Counted from the stretch's first letter, positions 19,201 to 26,813 are shown. The stretch: DNA of 64,000 bases from Solirubrobacterales bacterium (GCA_036381235.1 DASVDE010000014.1:35306-99305); one strand, 5' to 3'. Program-made: numbers and translations. The notes: a model not told the origin generated them from the letters alone.

Positions 19201-19467
19201 GGTAACCGCGGGGTCTTCGCGGAATACGCGGACCAGGTTCTGGCCCTGCCGGTTGATCTCGCCGGTCGGCCCACGCAGGAGGATCGCGAAGGTCGCGGTC
19301 TCACCGAAGTGGTCGCGCAGGATCTCGTTGGCCCGCGAGGCGTCGGTGCCGGAGATATCGAGACTGCTGGGCGCGAGTTGCTCCTCGACGTTCAACCCGA
19401 TGACGCCGAGCACAGCGAAGATCAGCAGCGCGACGGCAAGCACCCGGCGCGGGTACCGCAGCATCAT
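16213..19467 (-). CDS. MMPL/RND-superfamily membrane transporter with a large coiled-coil heptad-repeat insertion
   Basis: There are two MMPL-type 6-TM bundles (near the N-terminus and at the C-terminus). A central extracytoplasmic region of about 400 aa is rich in xxxLxxG-type heptads (LSSGATQLSDAMGQLNDGLVQLGSATDSLSGGLSQLVGGTTEL), as seen in YhgE/Pip-like proteins. The start is placed at the ATGATG (19467), giving MMLRYPRRVLAVALLIF. The longer ORF reaching 19593 is Arg-rich. Confidence 0.8.
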   Translation of the reverse strand: MMLRYPRRVLAVALLIFAVLGVIGLNVEEQLAPSSLDISGTDASRANEILRDHFGETATFAILLRGPTGEINRQGQNLVRVFREDPAVTTLSPWDRGSVAALRPSPRRALVVVDFHVGVEEAVNEKVDLVNETLAEHVHSPVVSTQTGFATISRAIQDESISASERSELIALPILLIVLLLVFRSPIAAAIPLAFGATTVFVSSGLLSLLTHWFTVDALALTVCTMMGLALGVDYALLIVSRFREELRGGADPIDAAIVTRRTAGKTVIFAGSTLVLSMTVAFFVVPGALLASLAATLAMVVVLSVLVAILIGPPLLVMVGSNIDRWRIGTPPADESRSRLMIMVSAALRRPAPVAAVIGLIVLVLAAPAVALKTGPLSPGQLPHDDPAREDYDLITQTIGAGFDAPFTIVAATDHGAITDPDTLSALTRWQRKIANTPGVQAVVGPDQVAKSVKPLQRFGNSVLAPGDASPLATLDRLGVNLGRAATGVTALRDGISQATYGAGLLVDGSGQAEDGAVAIAQGLGKATSGSERIVKALDKSVSGAERLADAQEQAAVGSFQIKVGLKNEVRNLRNNPLARSRKLQKTLNEESKLKVPTLIPPAQDAQQQLQAALDQLGAMTVGKTDPNYDAALAAVRQALAAVSGTNPATGQPYAAEYTGLPNELTELQKRLAKDTNQSKLITSFLTSEIGNLNRLSSNANRLNDGLNQIAAAGKKLSSGATQLSDAMGQLNDGLVQLGSATDSLSGGLSQLVGGTTELQLSLGEAYHRSYPLQSGLRRIQARVVANNASLNRRVDRVRNQTPGIFDSGYFVLSALDGARGSLRDQAATAVDVKNGGQAASLFVIPRYGLNSPGSIALNKTLDEDAKALGEEADLKTGVAGGTAQLNTYSRVARDRIPIVVTAITIATFLVMLLVLRAIPLAAIAVGLNLASVAVAFGVLTLLFNVPEGWPLGGRTYVDAVGATMMFGVIFGLSIDYAVFLLVRMREHYEQHGDNAEAIKFGLEKTARVITGAATIMLAVFIAFAGAPIATTSQLGVGLTVAVFLDATVVRIVLLPALMLLAGDRVWWLPKWLDRAMPKLNVE

Positions 19468-19490
19468 GGGATGGCGACGCTCGCCATCCC
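19468..19490. promoter_or_regulatory. Perfect 10-3-10 palindrome abutting the MMPL start codon (operator-like or RBS-occluding hairpin)
   Basis: On the gene (minus) strand it reads GGGATGGCGA-gcg-TCGCCATCCC, immediately 5' of ATGATG. No Shine-Dalgarno is visible outside the 3' arm. Confidence 0.45.
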
Positions 19491-19662
19491 GCTCTGGGCG
19501 AACGCGATCCTTCCGCCTCCCCCTGCTCCTCCTCCACACAGGCACGAACCATAGTTTGGCGGTTCGGCGAAAAAAAGGCGCCGCGAAACGCAAAAGACTC
19601 TGTTAAGAACAGGCGCATCCCGAGCGCGCGCAACATTTGACGCTAGCCTCGGTTCGAGGAGC

Positions 19663-20433
19663 ATGGGTATCCAGGGGAAGAGCCTGCGGGCACTGCTCGC
19701 TGTTATCGCGCTGAGCGCGGCGCTGGCCGGGGGCGCTCACGCGGCGATGATCAAGGTCGGCGACCTGGTTCTGCGCGCCGACGGTGGGTTCACACCGAAC
19801 ACCCTTCCCCGCAACGAGTTCGTGCCGATCAAGTTCCAGGCTCATGCGGACCTCTCGCGCACGGGTGGAGGAACGCCGCCGGCCCTGCAGCAGGCGATCC
19901 TCGACTTCGATCGCGACGGACGGCTGACCGCAGCGGGCCTGGCCCGCTGCTCTCCGGAAGAGATCGACACCGCGTCGCCCAGGCAGGCGCGGCGCATCTG
20001 CAGCGAGGCGATAGTCGGCAAGGGTCATGTGAGGGCGTTGGTGACTGTTCCCTTCCTCGGCTCGTTGCCGGCATCGTCGGCTCTCACCATGTTCAATGGC
20101 CCACCCCAGGCTGGCAATCCCACGGTCGTGCTGCACGCCCAGATGACGAGCCCCGCTTTCCAGACCTTCGCGGTCGTCGTGCCGATCGAGCAGCGCCGGC
20201 ACGGTCAGTTTGGCTACCGCGCGACGGTGAACCTCCCCCCGATCGCAGGCGGCCTCGGTGCCCTAACCCACGTCGACATGGAGGTCGGCAGGCGCTTTAA
20301 AGCCAAGGGGAAGGAGCGCAGCTACGTCTCCGCCCGCTGCCGCGACGGCATCTTCGACACTCACGGCCGCTTCACCTTCGACGATGGCACGGTCATGGAT
20401 GGCGCCGTGCAGAAGGCCTGCAACGTGCGGTGA
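19663..20433 (+). CDS. Secreted four-Cys protein, paralog 3 of 3
   Basis: 256 aa with signal peptide MGIQGKSLRALLAVIALSAALAGGAHA. Shared motifs: GLARC...IC..AIVGKG, FNG, IAGGLGA, FKAKGKERSYVSARC...DG...AC. It is divergent from the MMPL gene, and its stop lies 2 nt from the tRNA-Lys 3' end. Confidence 0.7.
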   Translation: MGIQGKSLRALLAVIALSAALAGGAHAAMIKVGDLVLRADGGFTPNTLPRNEFVPIKFQAHADLSRTGGGTPPALQQAILDFDRDGRLTAAGLARCSPEEIDTASPRQARRICSEAIVGKGHVRALVTVPFLGSLPASSALTMFNGPPQAGNPTVVLHAQMTSPAFQTFAVVVPIEQRRHGQFGYRATVNLPPIAGGLGALTHVDMEVGRRFKAKGKERSYVSARCRDGIFDTHGRFTFDDGTVMDGAVQKACNVR

Positions 20434-20434
20434 G

Positions 20435-20507
20435 TGGGCCGTGAAGGGCTCGAACCTTCGACCTTGAGATTAAGAGTCTCCTGCTCTACCAACTGAGCTA
20501 ACGGCCC
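20435..20507 (-). tRNA. tRNA-Lys (anticodon CUU)
   Basis: The reverse complement is GGGCCGTTAGCTCAGTTGGTAGAGCAGGAGACTCTTAATCTCAAGGTCGAAGGTTCGAGCCCTTCACGGCCCA. It folds as a cloverleaf with a 7-bp acceptor stem, a GTTCGAG T-loop and the anticodon loop CTCTTAA. CCA is not encoded. Confidence 0.9.
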
Positions 20508-20530
20508 CGAGAGAGCAAGTATAGGAATGG

Positions 20531-21322
20531 CTAGGGGCCGGTGCCGGAGAGGCCGCCCAGCGGGTTTTGCAGCTGCTGTTTGCCCTGGCCCTTGGTCGCC
20601 TTGGCGTAGGCCTCCAGCTGCTTCTGGAATTTCTTCGCTTCCTTGCGAATGCTCGCGAGCTGCTTCTTGACGCTCTTCGCCTGGGACTTCGAGGTTGTCT
20701 TGGCCTGAGCCTGGGCGGCGGCCTCGTCGCCGCCCTTGAAGTCGAAGGAGTAGTAGTCGTAGATGGCCAGAGTGCTGAGGGTGCCGAGATTGCGGCGCGA
20801 GTCGGCGACGATCTGCTGGGCCCCGGCGGCATCCCTGACGTCGGCCACCGACTCGGTGCCGGTGGGCGCGGTCTGGGCGAGGCTGAAGAGGGCGCCGGCG
20901 ACGAGCTGCGCGAGAGAGGGGCTGGGGTCTTCGGCAACCTCGAGATAGCGCTCCCAAGAATCGGCCGCCTGCTGGTACTCGGCGCGGGCCTCGGGGGTGA
21001 CCGTCTGCCGGCTGGTGGCGGGGTCGATCTCCACCCGAGCGTTGCCGGCGCTGATCCTGGTCCGGGTGAGGGCGAGCAGCAGCGCTTCGTCGTTCGGGTT
21101 CTGCTTCAGCTTGCGTTGAACGTTGGCCGCCTGCTTGTCGAGAGCGTCTGCGGCGCTGTTGGCCGCGTCCTGGGTGGAGAAGATGTCGCCGATGCTGACC
21201 GGCCCGACGACGAGCAGCAGGCTGGCCCCCATGATCACGGCGAGGAATCCGTAGACGACCTGCACGACGCGCTTGCGCCGTCCGCTGGTGTCGAAGACCA
21301 TCCGACGCTCGCCATCCGCCAT
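20531..21322 (-). CDS. Membrane-anchored hypothetical protein (downstream of tatC)
   Basis: 263 aa with one N-terminal TM helix (VVQVVYGFLAVIMGASLLLVVGPV), then an Ala/Gln/Lys-rich helical region. I recognised no family. Confidence 0.5.
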   Translation of the reverse strand: MADGERRMVFDTSGRRKRVVQVVYGFLAVIMGASLLLVVGPVSIGDIFSTQDAANSAADALDKQAANVQRKLKQNPNDEALLLALTRTRISAGNARVEIDPATSRQTVTPEARAEYQQAADSWERYLEVAEDPSPSLAQLVAGALFSLAQTAPTGTESVADVRDAAGAQQIVADSRRNLGTLSTLAIYDYYSFDFKGGDEAAAQAQAKTTSKSQAKSVKKQLASIRKEAKKFQKQLEAYAKATKGQGKQQLQNPLGGLSGTGP

Positions 21323-21327
21323 CTAAG

Positions 21328-22101
21328 TCACCGCTCCTGGGTCGAGGGCTCCGCTGTTGCACCCGGCGCCTTCGGTGTTCCGAAGGCGCGCGCGAGCAAG
21401 ATACTCAACTCGTAGAGAACCATGAGGGGGACCATCTCGATCAGCATCGAGATCGGGTCGACGCCAGGCAGAGCAGCGGCCAACACGGCGATCGCCAGGT
21501 AGGCGTAGCGGCGGTTGGCGGTCAGCTGTGAAACCTTGACGATGCCGAGGCGGGTGACGGCGAGGATCGCCAGCGGCAGCTGGAAGACGATGCCGCCGGC
21601 AAGCAGCGTGGTGGAGAAGAAGCCGTAGTAGTCGCGGGCGCGAACCTGGACGTTGAACTGGCTGTCGTTGAAGCCCAGCAGGAACTTGACGGCGGCCGGC
21701 ATGACGATGAAGTAGGCGAAGGCGACGCCGGCGAGGAAGAGGATCGGGGCGAGCAGGAGGATCGGCAGGATCACGCGGCGCTCGGCATCGCTGAAGGCGG
21801 GCAGCACGTAGGCGTAGGCCTGGTAGAGGAGGATCGGCAGGGAGAGAATCAGCGCGCCGTATATCGCGACGGTAAGCGTCGTTGTGAAGGGCTCGGTGAC
21901 GCCGAAGGTGAGGAGCTTCTGGTGGTCCGCCGGAAGCGGGTTGGAGGCGATCTCCAGCAACAGGTGGTTCTGCCAGAAGCAGAGCGCCAAAGCAACGCCC
22001 AGCACCGCGATGCAGACGACTATGCGGGCGCGCAGCTCATCGAGGTGCTCCACCAGGGTGAGGCGATCCTCATGGGAGACCGCCCTGACACGGCGGACCA
22101 T
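21328..22101 (-). CDS. tatC: Twin-arginine translocase subunit TatC
   Basis: 257 aa. It has LTLVEHLDELRARI at the N-terminus and a six-TM pattern typical of TatC. Confidence 0.9.
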   Translation of the reverse strand: MVRRVRAVSHEDRLTLVEHLDELRARIVVCIAVLGVALALCFWQNHLLLEIASNPLPADHQKLLTFGVTEPFTTTLTVAIYGALILSLPILLYQAYAYVLPAFSDAERRVILPILLLAPILFLAGVAFAYFIVMPAAVKFLLGFNDSQFNVQVRARDYYGFFSTTLLAGGIVFQLPLAILAVTRLGIVKVSQLTANRRYAYLAIAVLAAALPGVDPISMLIEMVPLMVLYELSILLARAFGTPKAPGATAEPSTQER

Positions 22102-22112
22102 CCCGACCGGCC

Positions 22113-22352
22113 TCAGGTCCGCTTCTGGCCGACCGTCTCGCCCTTGGGCGCGGTCTCACCACGACCGGCGTCGAGCTCGGGGGACGAACGGCGGTCGTCG
22201 TCGTCGTCGGCATCGCCCGAGACCGAGCCGCGGAACTCGCGGATTCCCTTGCCCAGCGAGCGGCCGAGCTCGGGAAGGCGCTTGGGCCCGAACACCACGA
22301 GGGCGATGATCAGGACGACGATGATCTCCAGGGGACCGATATTTCCGAGCAT
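22113..22352 (-). CDS. tatA: Twin-arginine translocase subunit TatA/E
   Basis: From the ATG at 22352 the product reads MLGNIGPLEIIVVLIIALVVFGPKRLPELGRSLGKGIREF, the canonical TatA TM helix plus amphipathic helix. The longer ORF prefix was discarded. Confidence 0.9.
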   Translation of the reverse strand: MLGNIGPLEIIVVLIIALVVFGPKRLPELGRSLGKGIREFRGSVSGDADDDDDRRSSPELDAGRGETAPKGETVGQKRT

Positions 22353-22491
22353 CGACCCATGGTAACGGCCACCCGCCGCGATTGGATCACCCCAAAGCGG
22401 GGACCGGGGGACTACCCGGTAATTGGGTTTTCTCGAACTCTTCGGAAAACAGCGGATGGAGTGGCCCCCTCGCGGGTTCGATAAGTGAGGA

Positions 22492-22821
22492 ATGCGACAC
22501 ACTCACCACCAGACCAAGACCGACCAGGGCCTTCACGTTTGCTCGGCATGCGGATCGGGGCTGGTGCAGCCGACGCGCTGGGAACAGACGGCGGACAGGT
22601 CGCACTGGCGCTTGTGGCGACGCTGCCCCGAATGCGGGTGGGAGTGCGACGGGGTCCACGGCGGGGGCGAGATCGACGCGTTCGACGAAGAGCTGGACCG
22701 CGGCGCCGAGGCCTTGAACGGGGTGTTGAAGGCCCTGGAGCGGGAGAGCATGGAGAACGTGGCGAAATCGTTCGCGACCGCGCTCCAAGCGGATCTGATC
22801 ACTGCCGACGACTTCCGCTGA
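22492..22821 (+). CDS. Small zinc-ribbon protein, unknown function
   Basis: 109 aa with paired CxxC motifs (CSAC...CPEC), an acidic helical C-terminus, and good third-position GC bias. The overlapping antisense 291-aa ORF is Arg-rich and was rejected. Confidence 0.5.
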   Translation: MRHTHHQTKTDQGLHVCSACGSGLVQPTRWEQTADRSHWRLWRRCPECGWECDGVHGGGEIDAFDEELDRGAEALNGVLKALERESMENVAKSFATALQADLITADDFR

Positions 22822-22832
22822 CAGGCGAGCGG

Positions 22833-23825
22833 TCAGCTGTAGCGCTGGACAACGCCGTCGGCTACCAGGTCGAGCAGGCGGCGCTGTTCGGTGTCGAAGA
22901 CCGGGGAGTCGAGCAACCGCTTGGCGCCGGCCACCATCTCGAGAGCGCGTGAGCGGACCCGACCGAGGGCGCCGGTGGCGGCGATTCGGTCGCAAAGAGC
23001 CTCTGCCCCGGCACCGTCGAGCGACCGCAGATCCGTATTGCGAATCGCAGGCTCGATTTCGGCGGCGGCGATCAGCGGCAGCGTGACGGTGCCGTCGAGC
23101 AGATCGGTGCCGCGCGCCTTGCCGGTGCGCTCCGGTGGTCCGGAGACATCGAGGACATCGTCGAGCAACTGAAAGGCGAGACCGACTTCTGCGCCGAATT
23201 CCGCCACCTCTTCCGCTCCCCCCGTCCGGGGGCGGCGGGTGGCCGACCAGCCCAAGGAGCAAGCGCAGGAGAAGAGGGCTGCGGTCTTCAGGCGGCAGCG
23301 CTCGAGGTAGCGCTCCTCGGGGATCGAGATGTCGAAGGCGTCCTGACGCTGAGCCAGCTCGCCACGAGCGAGGGAGGTCGAGGCCTCGGCGAGCAGGGCA
23401 ACCGCGCGCTCGTCCCCCGCCTCGGCGAGCAAAGCGAAGGCGCGGGCGAAGAGCAGGTCGCCGACAGCCACCGCGCGTGCTCGACCGGAGGCCGCGGCGA
23501 CGGTTGGGCGTCCGCGGCGCAGCGGAGCGTCGTCGAGAACATCGTCGTGAACGAGCGTGGCCATATGGACCAGCTCGACCGCAGCGCCGGCGCGCACCGC
23601 CTCCTCCCCCCCTTCCGGGCCGGCGCAGAGCAGGACGAGCAGCGGCCGCAGGCGCTTGCCGCCGGCGGCGAGCGTGGCGCCGGCATCCCCCGCGAGCAAC
23701 TCACCGTGGCCGGCGCTTTGCTCCCGCAGCAGCTCTTCCACCTCGCCCAGGCGAGCCGGAAGCCAGCGGCTCGAAGCGTCGAGCACCGCGGTGACCGGCG
23801 GCGGTACGGCGCTGCGCTTGGTCAC
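22833..23825 (-). CDS. Trans-polyprenyl diphosphate synthase (HepT/IspB-like, long chain)
   Basis: 330 aa with both Asp-rich motifs (LVHDDVLDD and FQLLDDVLD). GTGA overlap with menG. Confidence 0.85.
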   Translation of the reverse strand: MTKRSAVPPPVTAVLDASSRWLPARLGEVEELLREQSAGHGELLAGDAGATLAAGGKRLRPLLVLLCAGPEGGEEAVRAGAAVELVHMATLVHDDVLDDAPLRRGRPTVAAASGRARAVAVGDLLFARAFALLAEAGDERAVALLAEASTSLARGELAQRQDAFDISIPEERYLERCRLKTAALFSCACSLGWSATRRPRTGGAEEVAEFGAEVGLAFQLLDDVLDVSGPPERTGKARGTDLLDGTVTLPLIAAAEIEPAIRNTDLRSLDGAGAEALCDRIAATGALGRVRSRALEMVAGAKRLLDSPVFDTEQRRLLDLVADGVVQRYS

Positions 23826-24592
23826 GCCCGAGCGCCGCTGTGGATCGCGATGATCCCCCCGGCCAGCACGGTGTAGCGGATCTTCTCCAACCCGGCGGCG
23901 TCCATCATCTCCGCCAGTCGACGGGGATTCGGGAAGCCCCGGACCGATTCAGGCAAATAGGAGTAGGCATCGGAGTCGCCGGCAAAGGCGCCCAACACCG
24001 GCACGAGACGATCGAACCAGAGCGAGTAGAAGGTCGAAAGGGGTGGCCGGGTCGGCTGGGTTATCTCGAGGATTACGAGGCGACCACCCACCCGCAGAAC
24101 GCGGGTCATCTCGCGCAGCCCGTGCTCAAGGTCAGAGAGGTTGCGTATCCCGAAGCCGACTGCGACGGCGTCGAAGCGGCCGTCGTCGTAGGGGAGCTGG
24201 AGGGCATCGGCCCATTCGAACCGGACCCCGGTCGCGCCCTGTTCGCGGGCCTTCTCTCGAGCCAGGTCGAGCATTGGCTCGGAGAAATCGCAGCCGACGA
24301 TGCTGCCGTTGGGACCGACGTGGGAAGCCAGTGCCAGAGAGAGGTCGCCGGTGCCGCAGCAGACATCGAGAGCGGCGTCGCCTGGATGCAATTCGGCGCG
24401 ATTTGCAGCCCGTTCGCGCCAGCGATGGTGCATGCCGGCCGTCATCACGGAGTTCATCGCGTCATAGCGTCCGGCGATGCGGTCAAACATGCGGTTGACC
24501 TGCCCGGCGAACTGCGCCGAGTCTCGCGATGGCCTAGTCGAGTGAGGAGAGGAAATCGGCGAGCTCGTTGAGCTTTTTGGGCGGAAGGTCAC
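23822..24592 (-). CDS. menG: Demethylmenaquinone methyltransferase (UbiE/MenG family)
   Basis: It has MFDRIAGRYDAMNSVMTAGMHHRWR and the SAM-binding motif LDVCCGTGD. The start is ambiguous: GTG at 24592 overlaps qcrC by 59 nt, and ATG at 24490 is the alternative. Confidence 0.85.
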   Translation of the reverse strand: MTFRPKSSTSSPISSPHSTRPSRDSAQFAGQVNRMFDRIAGRYDAMNSVMTAGMHHRWRERAANRAELHPGDAALDVCCGTGDLSLALASHVGPNGSIVGCDFSEPMLDLAREKAREQGATGVRFEWADALQLPYDDGRFDAVAVGFGIRNLSDLEHGLREMTRVLRVGGRLVILEITQPTRPPLSTFYSLWFDRLVPVLGAFAGDSDAYSYLPESVRGFPNPRRLAEMMDAAGLEKIRYTVLAGGIIAIHSGARA

Positions 24593-25235
24593 GATAGGAC
24601 GGCATGATGCCTGGGCCGATCTCGACTGAGCGGAGGATCGCGGCGCGGGGGATGCGCTGGGCGATGTGGGTCAACTCCGGACCGGGGCCATTGTTGCCGT
24701 TTTCGCCTAGCTTGTGGCAGGCGAGGCAGCCGGACCCGGCAACCACCTCCTTGCCCGCCTCATACCGGGCCGGGACCGCCATCTCGATCTCGGTCGGCGA
24801 GCCGCCGGTGGCGCCGAGGTAGGTGAGATAGGCCATCGCAACGATCGTCAGGCAGCCGGCGGTGGTGGCGATCGGACGGCGCTCGGGACGGCGCTCGGGC
24901 CCGCGGTCATAGAAGGGCAGCAAAAGCAGCAACACCATGCAGATGGTCGGGATCCCGATCGTCGCGATCGGGACCAGTTGCGGCGGCTTGATCACCCGCA
25001 GCACCTCGAAGAGGAAGAAGAAGTACCACTCGGGGCGTGGCACGTAGGTGGTGCTGGTCGGGTCTGCCTTCGGCCCCTGCTCGGCGCCTAGTATCAGCGA
25101 CATCGCGATGATCACGCCGACGACGATCAGCGCCATCGTCGAGTCCTTCATCACCGCGTAGGGGAAGAAGGGCTTGCCCTTCTTCTTGAGGAGCTCGTAC
25201 TCCTCCAGGTAGGCCTGCTTGTCGGCGGGCTTCAT
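24534..25235 (-). CDS. qcrC: Menaquinol:cytochrome c reductase subunit QcrC (subunit IV-like domain fused to a monohaem cytochrome c)
   Basis: 233 aa. The N-terminal part carries PEWYFFFLFEVLR, the motif of the C-terminal half of cytochrome b (subunit IV), with 3 TM helices. The C-terminal part carries CLACH (CxxCH) and a GIMPSY Met ligand. Confidence 0.8.
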   Translation of the reverse strand: MKPADKQAYLEEYELLKKKGKPFFPYAVMKDSTMALIVVGVIIAMSLILGAEQGPKADPTSTTYVPRPEWYFFFLFEVLRVIKPPQLVPIATIGIPTICMVLLLLLPFYDRGPERRPERRPIATTAGCLTIVAMAYLTYLGATGGSPTEIEMAVPARYEAGKEVVAGSGCLACHKLGENGNNGPGPELTHIAQRIPRAAILRSVEIGPGIMPSYRDLPPKKLNELADFLSSLD

Positions 25236-26119
25236 CGGGCGGAGGCTCCGTTGCCCTCGACACCGGCGTCGAGCTGGGAGACCGGCGTCGCGGGCTTGGG
25301 CTTCTCAGCCCGCAGCCAGGGCGGAGCGGTGGTGCCGAGCTTGACGACCAGGTAGAGGTGAGCGCCGATCAGGGCGATGATCGCGCCCGGGATGAGCAGC
25401 ATGTGGATCGCGTAGAAACGCGAGAGGGTGGTGGCACCCAACTCGGGGCCGGCGCGCAGGAAGTCGCTGAGGTAGGGGCCGAGGATGGGACCGGTGCCGT
25501 TGATGTTGATGCCGACGACCGAGGCCCAGAAGGAGCGCTGGTCGAAGGGCAGCAGGTAGCCGGTGAAGGCCATCGTCATGGTGAGGATGAGCAGCACGAC
25601 GCCGATCACCCAGTTCAGCTCACGGGGGTACTTGTAGGCGCCGAAGAAGAAGGTCCGCCCCATGTGGAGGAAGATCAGGATGACCATCACGCTCGAGCCC
25701 CACTTGTGCATGCCGTGCACGAAGGCGCCGAGGAAGACGTCGTTGTTGATGTGGGAGATCGAGGCGTAGGCCTGGGTCGTCGACGGCGTGTAGAACATCG
25801 CCAGGAAGACGCCGGTAGTCGCCTGCACTATGAAGGCGAAGAGGGTGGCGGAGCCGAGCGTGTAAAACCAGTTGGTCCCCTTCGGCACCTTGCGGAAGAG
25901 CATTCCGGTGAGGAAGCCGCTGGCCGCGGTGCGCTGGTCCAACCAGGCAAGGGCGTCCGCGGGGGCATCCTTGGCGCGATCGCCGAGCCGGGCCGCGTCG
26001 GATGGACGCTCGGGCGGGGAGGTCTTCAAGTCGGCCGGAGCGGACCCCTTGGCTCCGTTGCCCTGGCCCGGCTTGGCCGGTTTGCGGAGGGGGGCGGGGA
26101 TCAACGAGTCGAGTTTCAT
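25232..26119 (-). CDS. qcrB: Cytochrome b6-type subunit QcrB (split cytochrome b, N-terminal half)
   Basis: 295 aa with FYTLGSATLFAFIVQATTGVFLAMFY, HKWGSSVMVILIFLHMGRTFFFGAYK and LPFDQRSFWA, which are typical of the four-helix haem-binding core of cytochrome b. Confidence 0.9.
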   Translation of the reverse strand: MKLDSLIPAPLRKPAKPGQGNGAKGSAPADLKTSPPERPSDAARLGDRAKDAPADALAWLDQRTAASGFLTGMLFRKVPKGTNWFYTLGSATLFAFIVQATTGVFLAMFYTPSTTQAYASISHINNDVFLGAFVHGMHKWGSSVMVILIFLHMGRTFFFGAYKYPRELNWVIGVVLLILTMTMAFTGYLLPFDQRSFWASVVGININGTGPILGPYLSDFLRAGPELGATTLSRFYAIHMLLIPGAIIALIGAHLYLVVKLGTTAPPWLRAEKPKPATPVSQLDAGVEGNGASAR

Positions 26120-26132
26120 CGTCGGCTAGCCC

Positions 26133-26813
26133 TCAGTTGCTCGGCGGAGGGAAGGTCGAGGGGCGAGGCGGATAGAGATACTCCCAGACACCGCCGGTGA
26201 ACTCACCGGGATCGCGCGCGCGAACCGGCTCCAGCTGAGAGGTAACGCTGTAGCGGGGGCCGAGCTCGACCTGGCCGTTGCGAACGCGAGCCTGAAACTG
26301 GTCGAGGGGACGAACCGGTGGACCGCCGATCCGCTTGCCCTGGAAATCGTAGACGCCACCGTGGCAGGGACAGATGAAGTTGCCGGCGGCCTCGACGAAG
26401 CGGACCGGGCAACCGAGGTGGACGCAGCGGTTTGAGATGGCGACGATCTCGTTCGGATTCTCCCCCAACTCCTTGGCGCCCTTGCGGACGTAGGCGGTGG
26501 TCTTGCCGGCATCGCCGATCCCCTCGGTTTCGGTGAAGACGACCTGGCGGTAGGTGTCGACCACGAAGTCGTCGACCGGGCCGACAGCCTCCCAGCGCTC
26601 CTTGCCGCGATGGAAGATCGGGGCGACGGCGAAACCGACGGCGGGGAGCACGATGGCGGCGCCGGCGAGGCCGCCGAGAGCCTGGCTGGCGATCGTAAAA
26701 GCGTGGCGGCGAGTCATCGACTCGCCCTCGAAATAGCCGGGCGGAGCGGGCTTCGCCCGCTCGTGTCCCGAGGGCGTCTCGGCCCCGTTGCGCTTGTCCG
26801 ACTCGTCAGCCAC
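26133..26813 (-). CDS. qcrA: Rieske [2Fe-2S] subunit QcrA
   Basis: 226 aa with the Rieske boxes CVHLGCPV and CPCHGGVY and an N-terminal TM anchor. Confidence 0.9.
   Translation of the reverse strand: MADESDKRNGAETPSGHERAKPAPPGYFEGESMTRRHAFTIASQALGGLAGAAIVLPAVGFAVAPIFHRGKERWEAVGPVDDFVVDTYRQVVFTETEGIGDAGKTTAYVRKGAKELGENPNEIVAISNRCVHLGCPVRFVEAAGNFICPCHGGVYDFQGKRIGGPPVRPLDQFQARVRNGQVELGPRYSVTSQLEPVRARDPGEFTGGVWEYLYPPRPSTFPPPSN

Noticed and set aside
4558-20507. The idea that the TetR-mce-MMPL-paralog block is a tRNA-Lys-integrated genomic island.
   Set aside because: The block abuts the 3' end of tRNA-Lys. However, I found no integrase or recombinase, no direct repeat of the tRNA 3' end near 4558-5600, and no obvious compositional break. 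There is no positive evidence for mobility.
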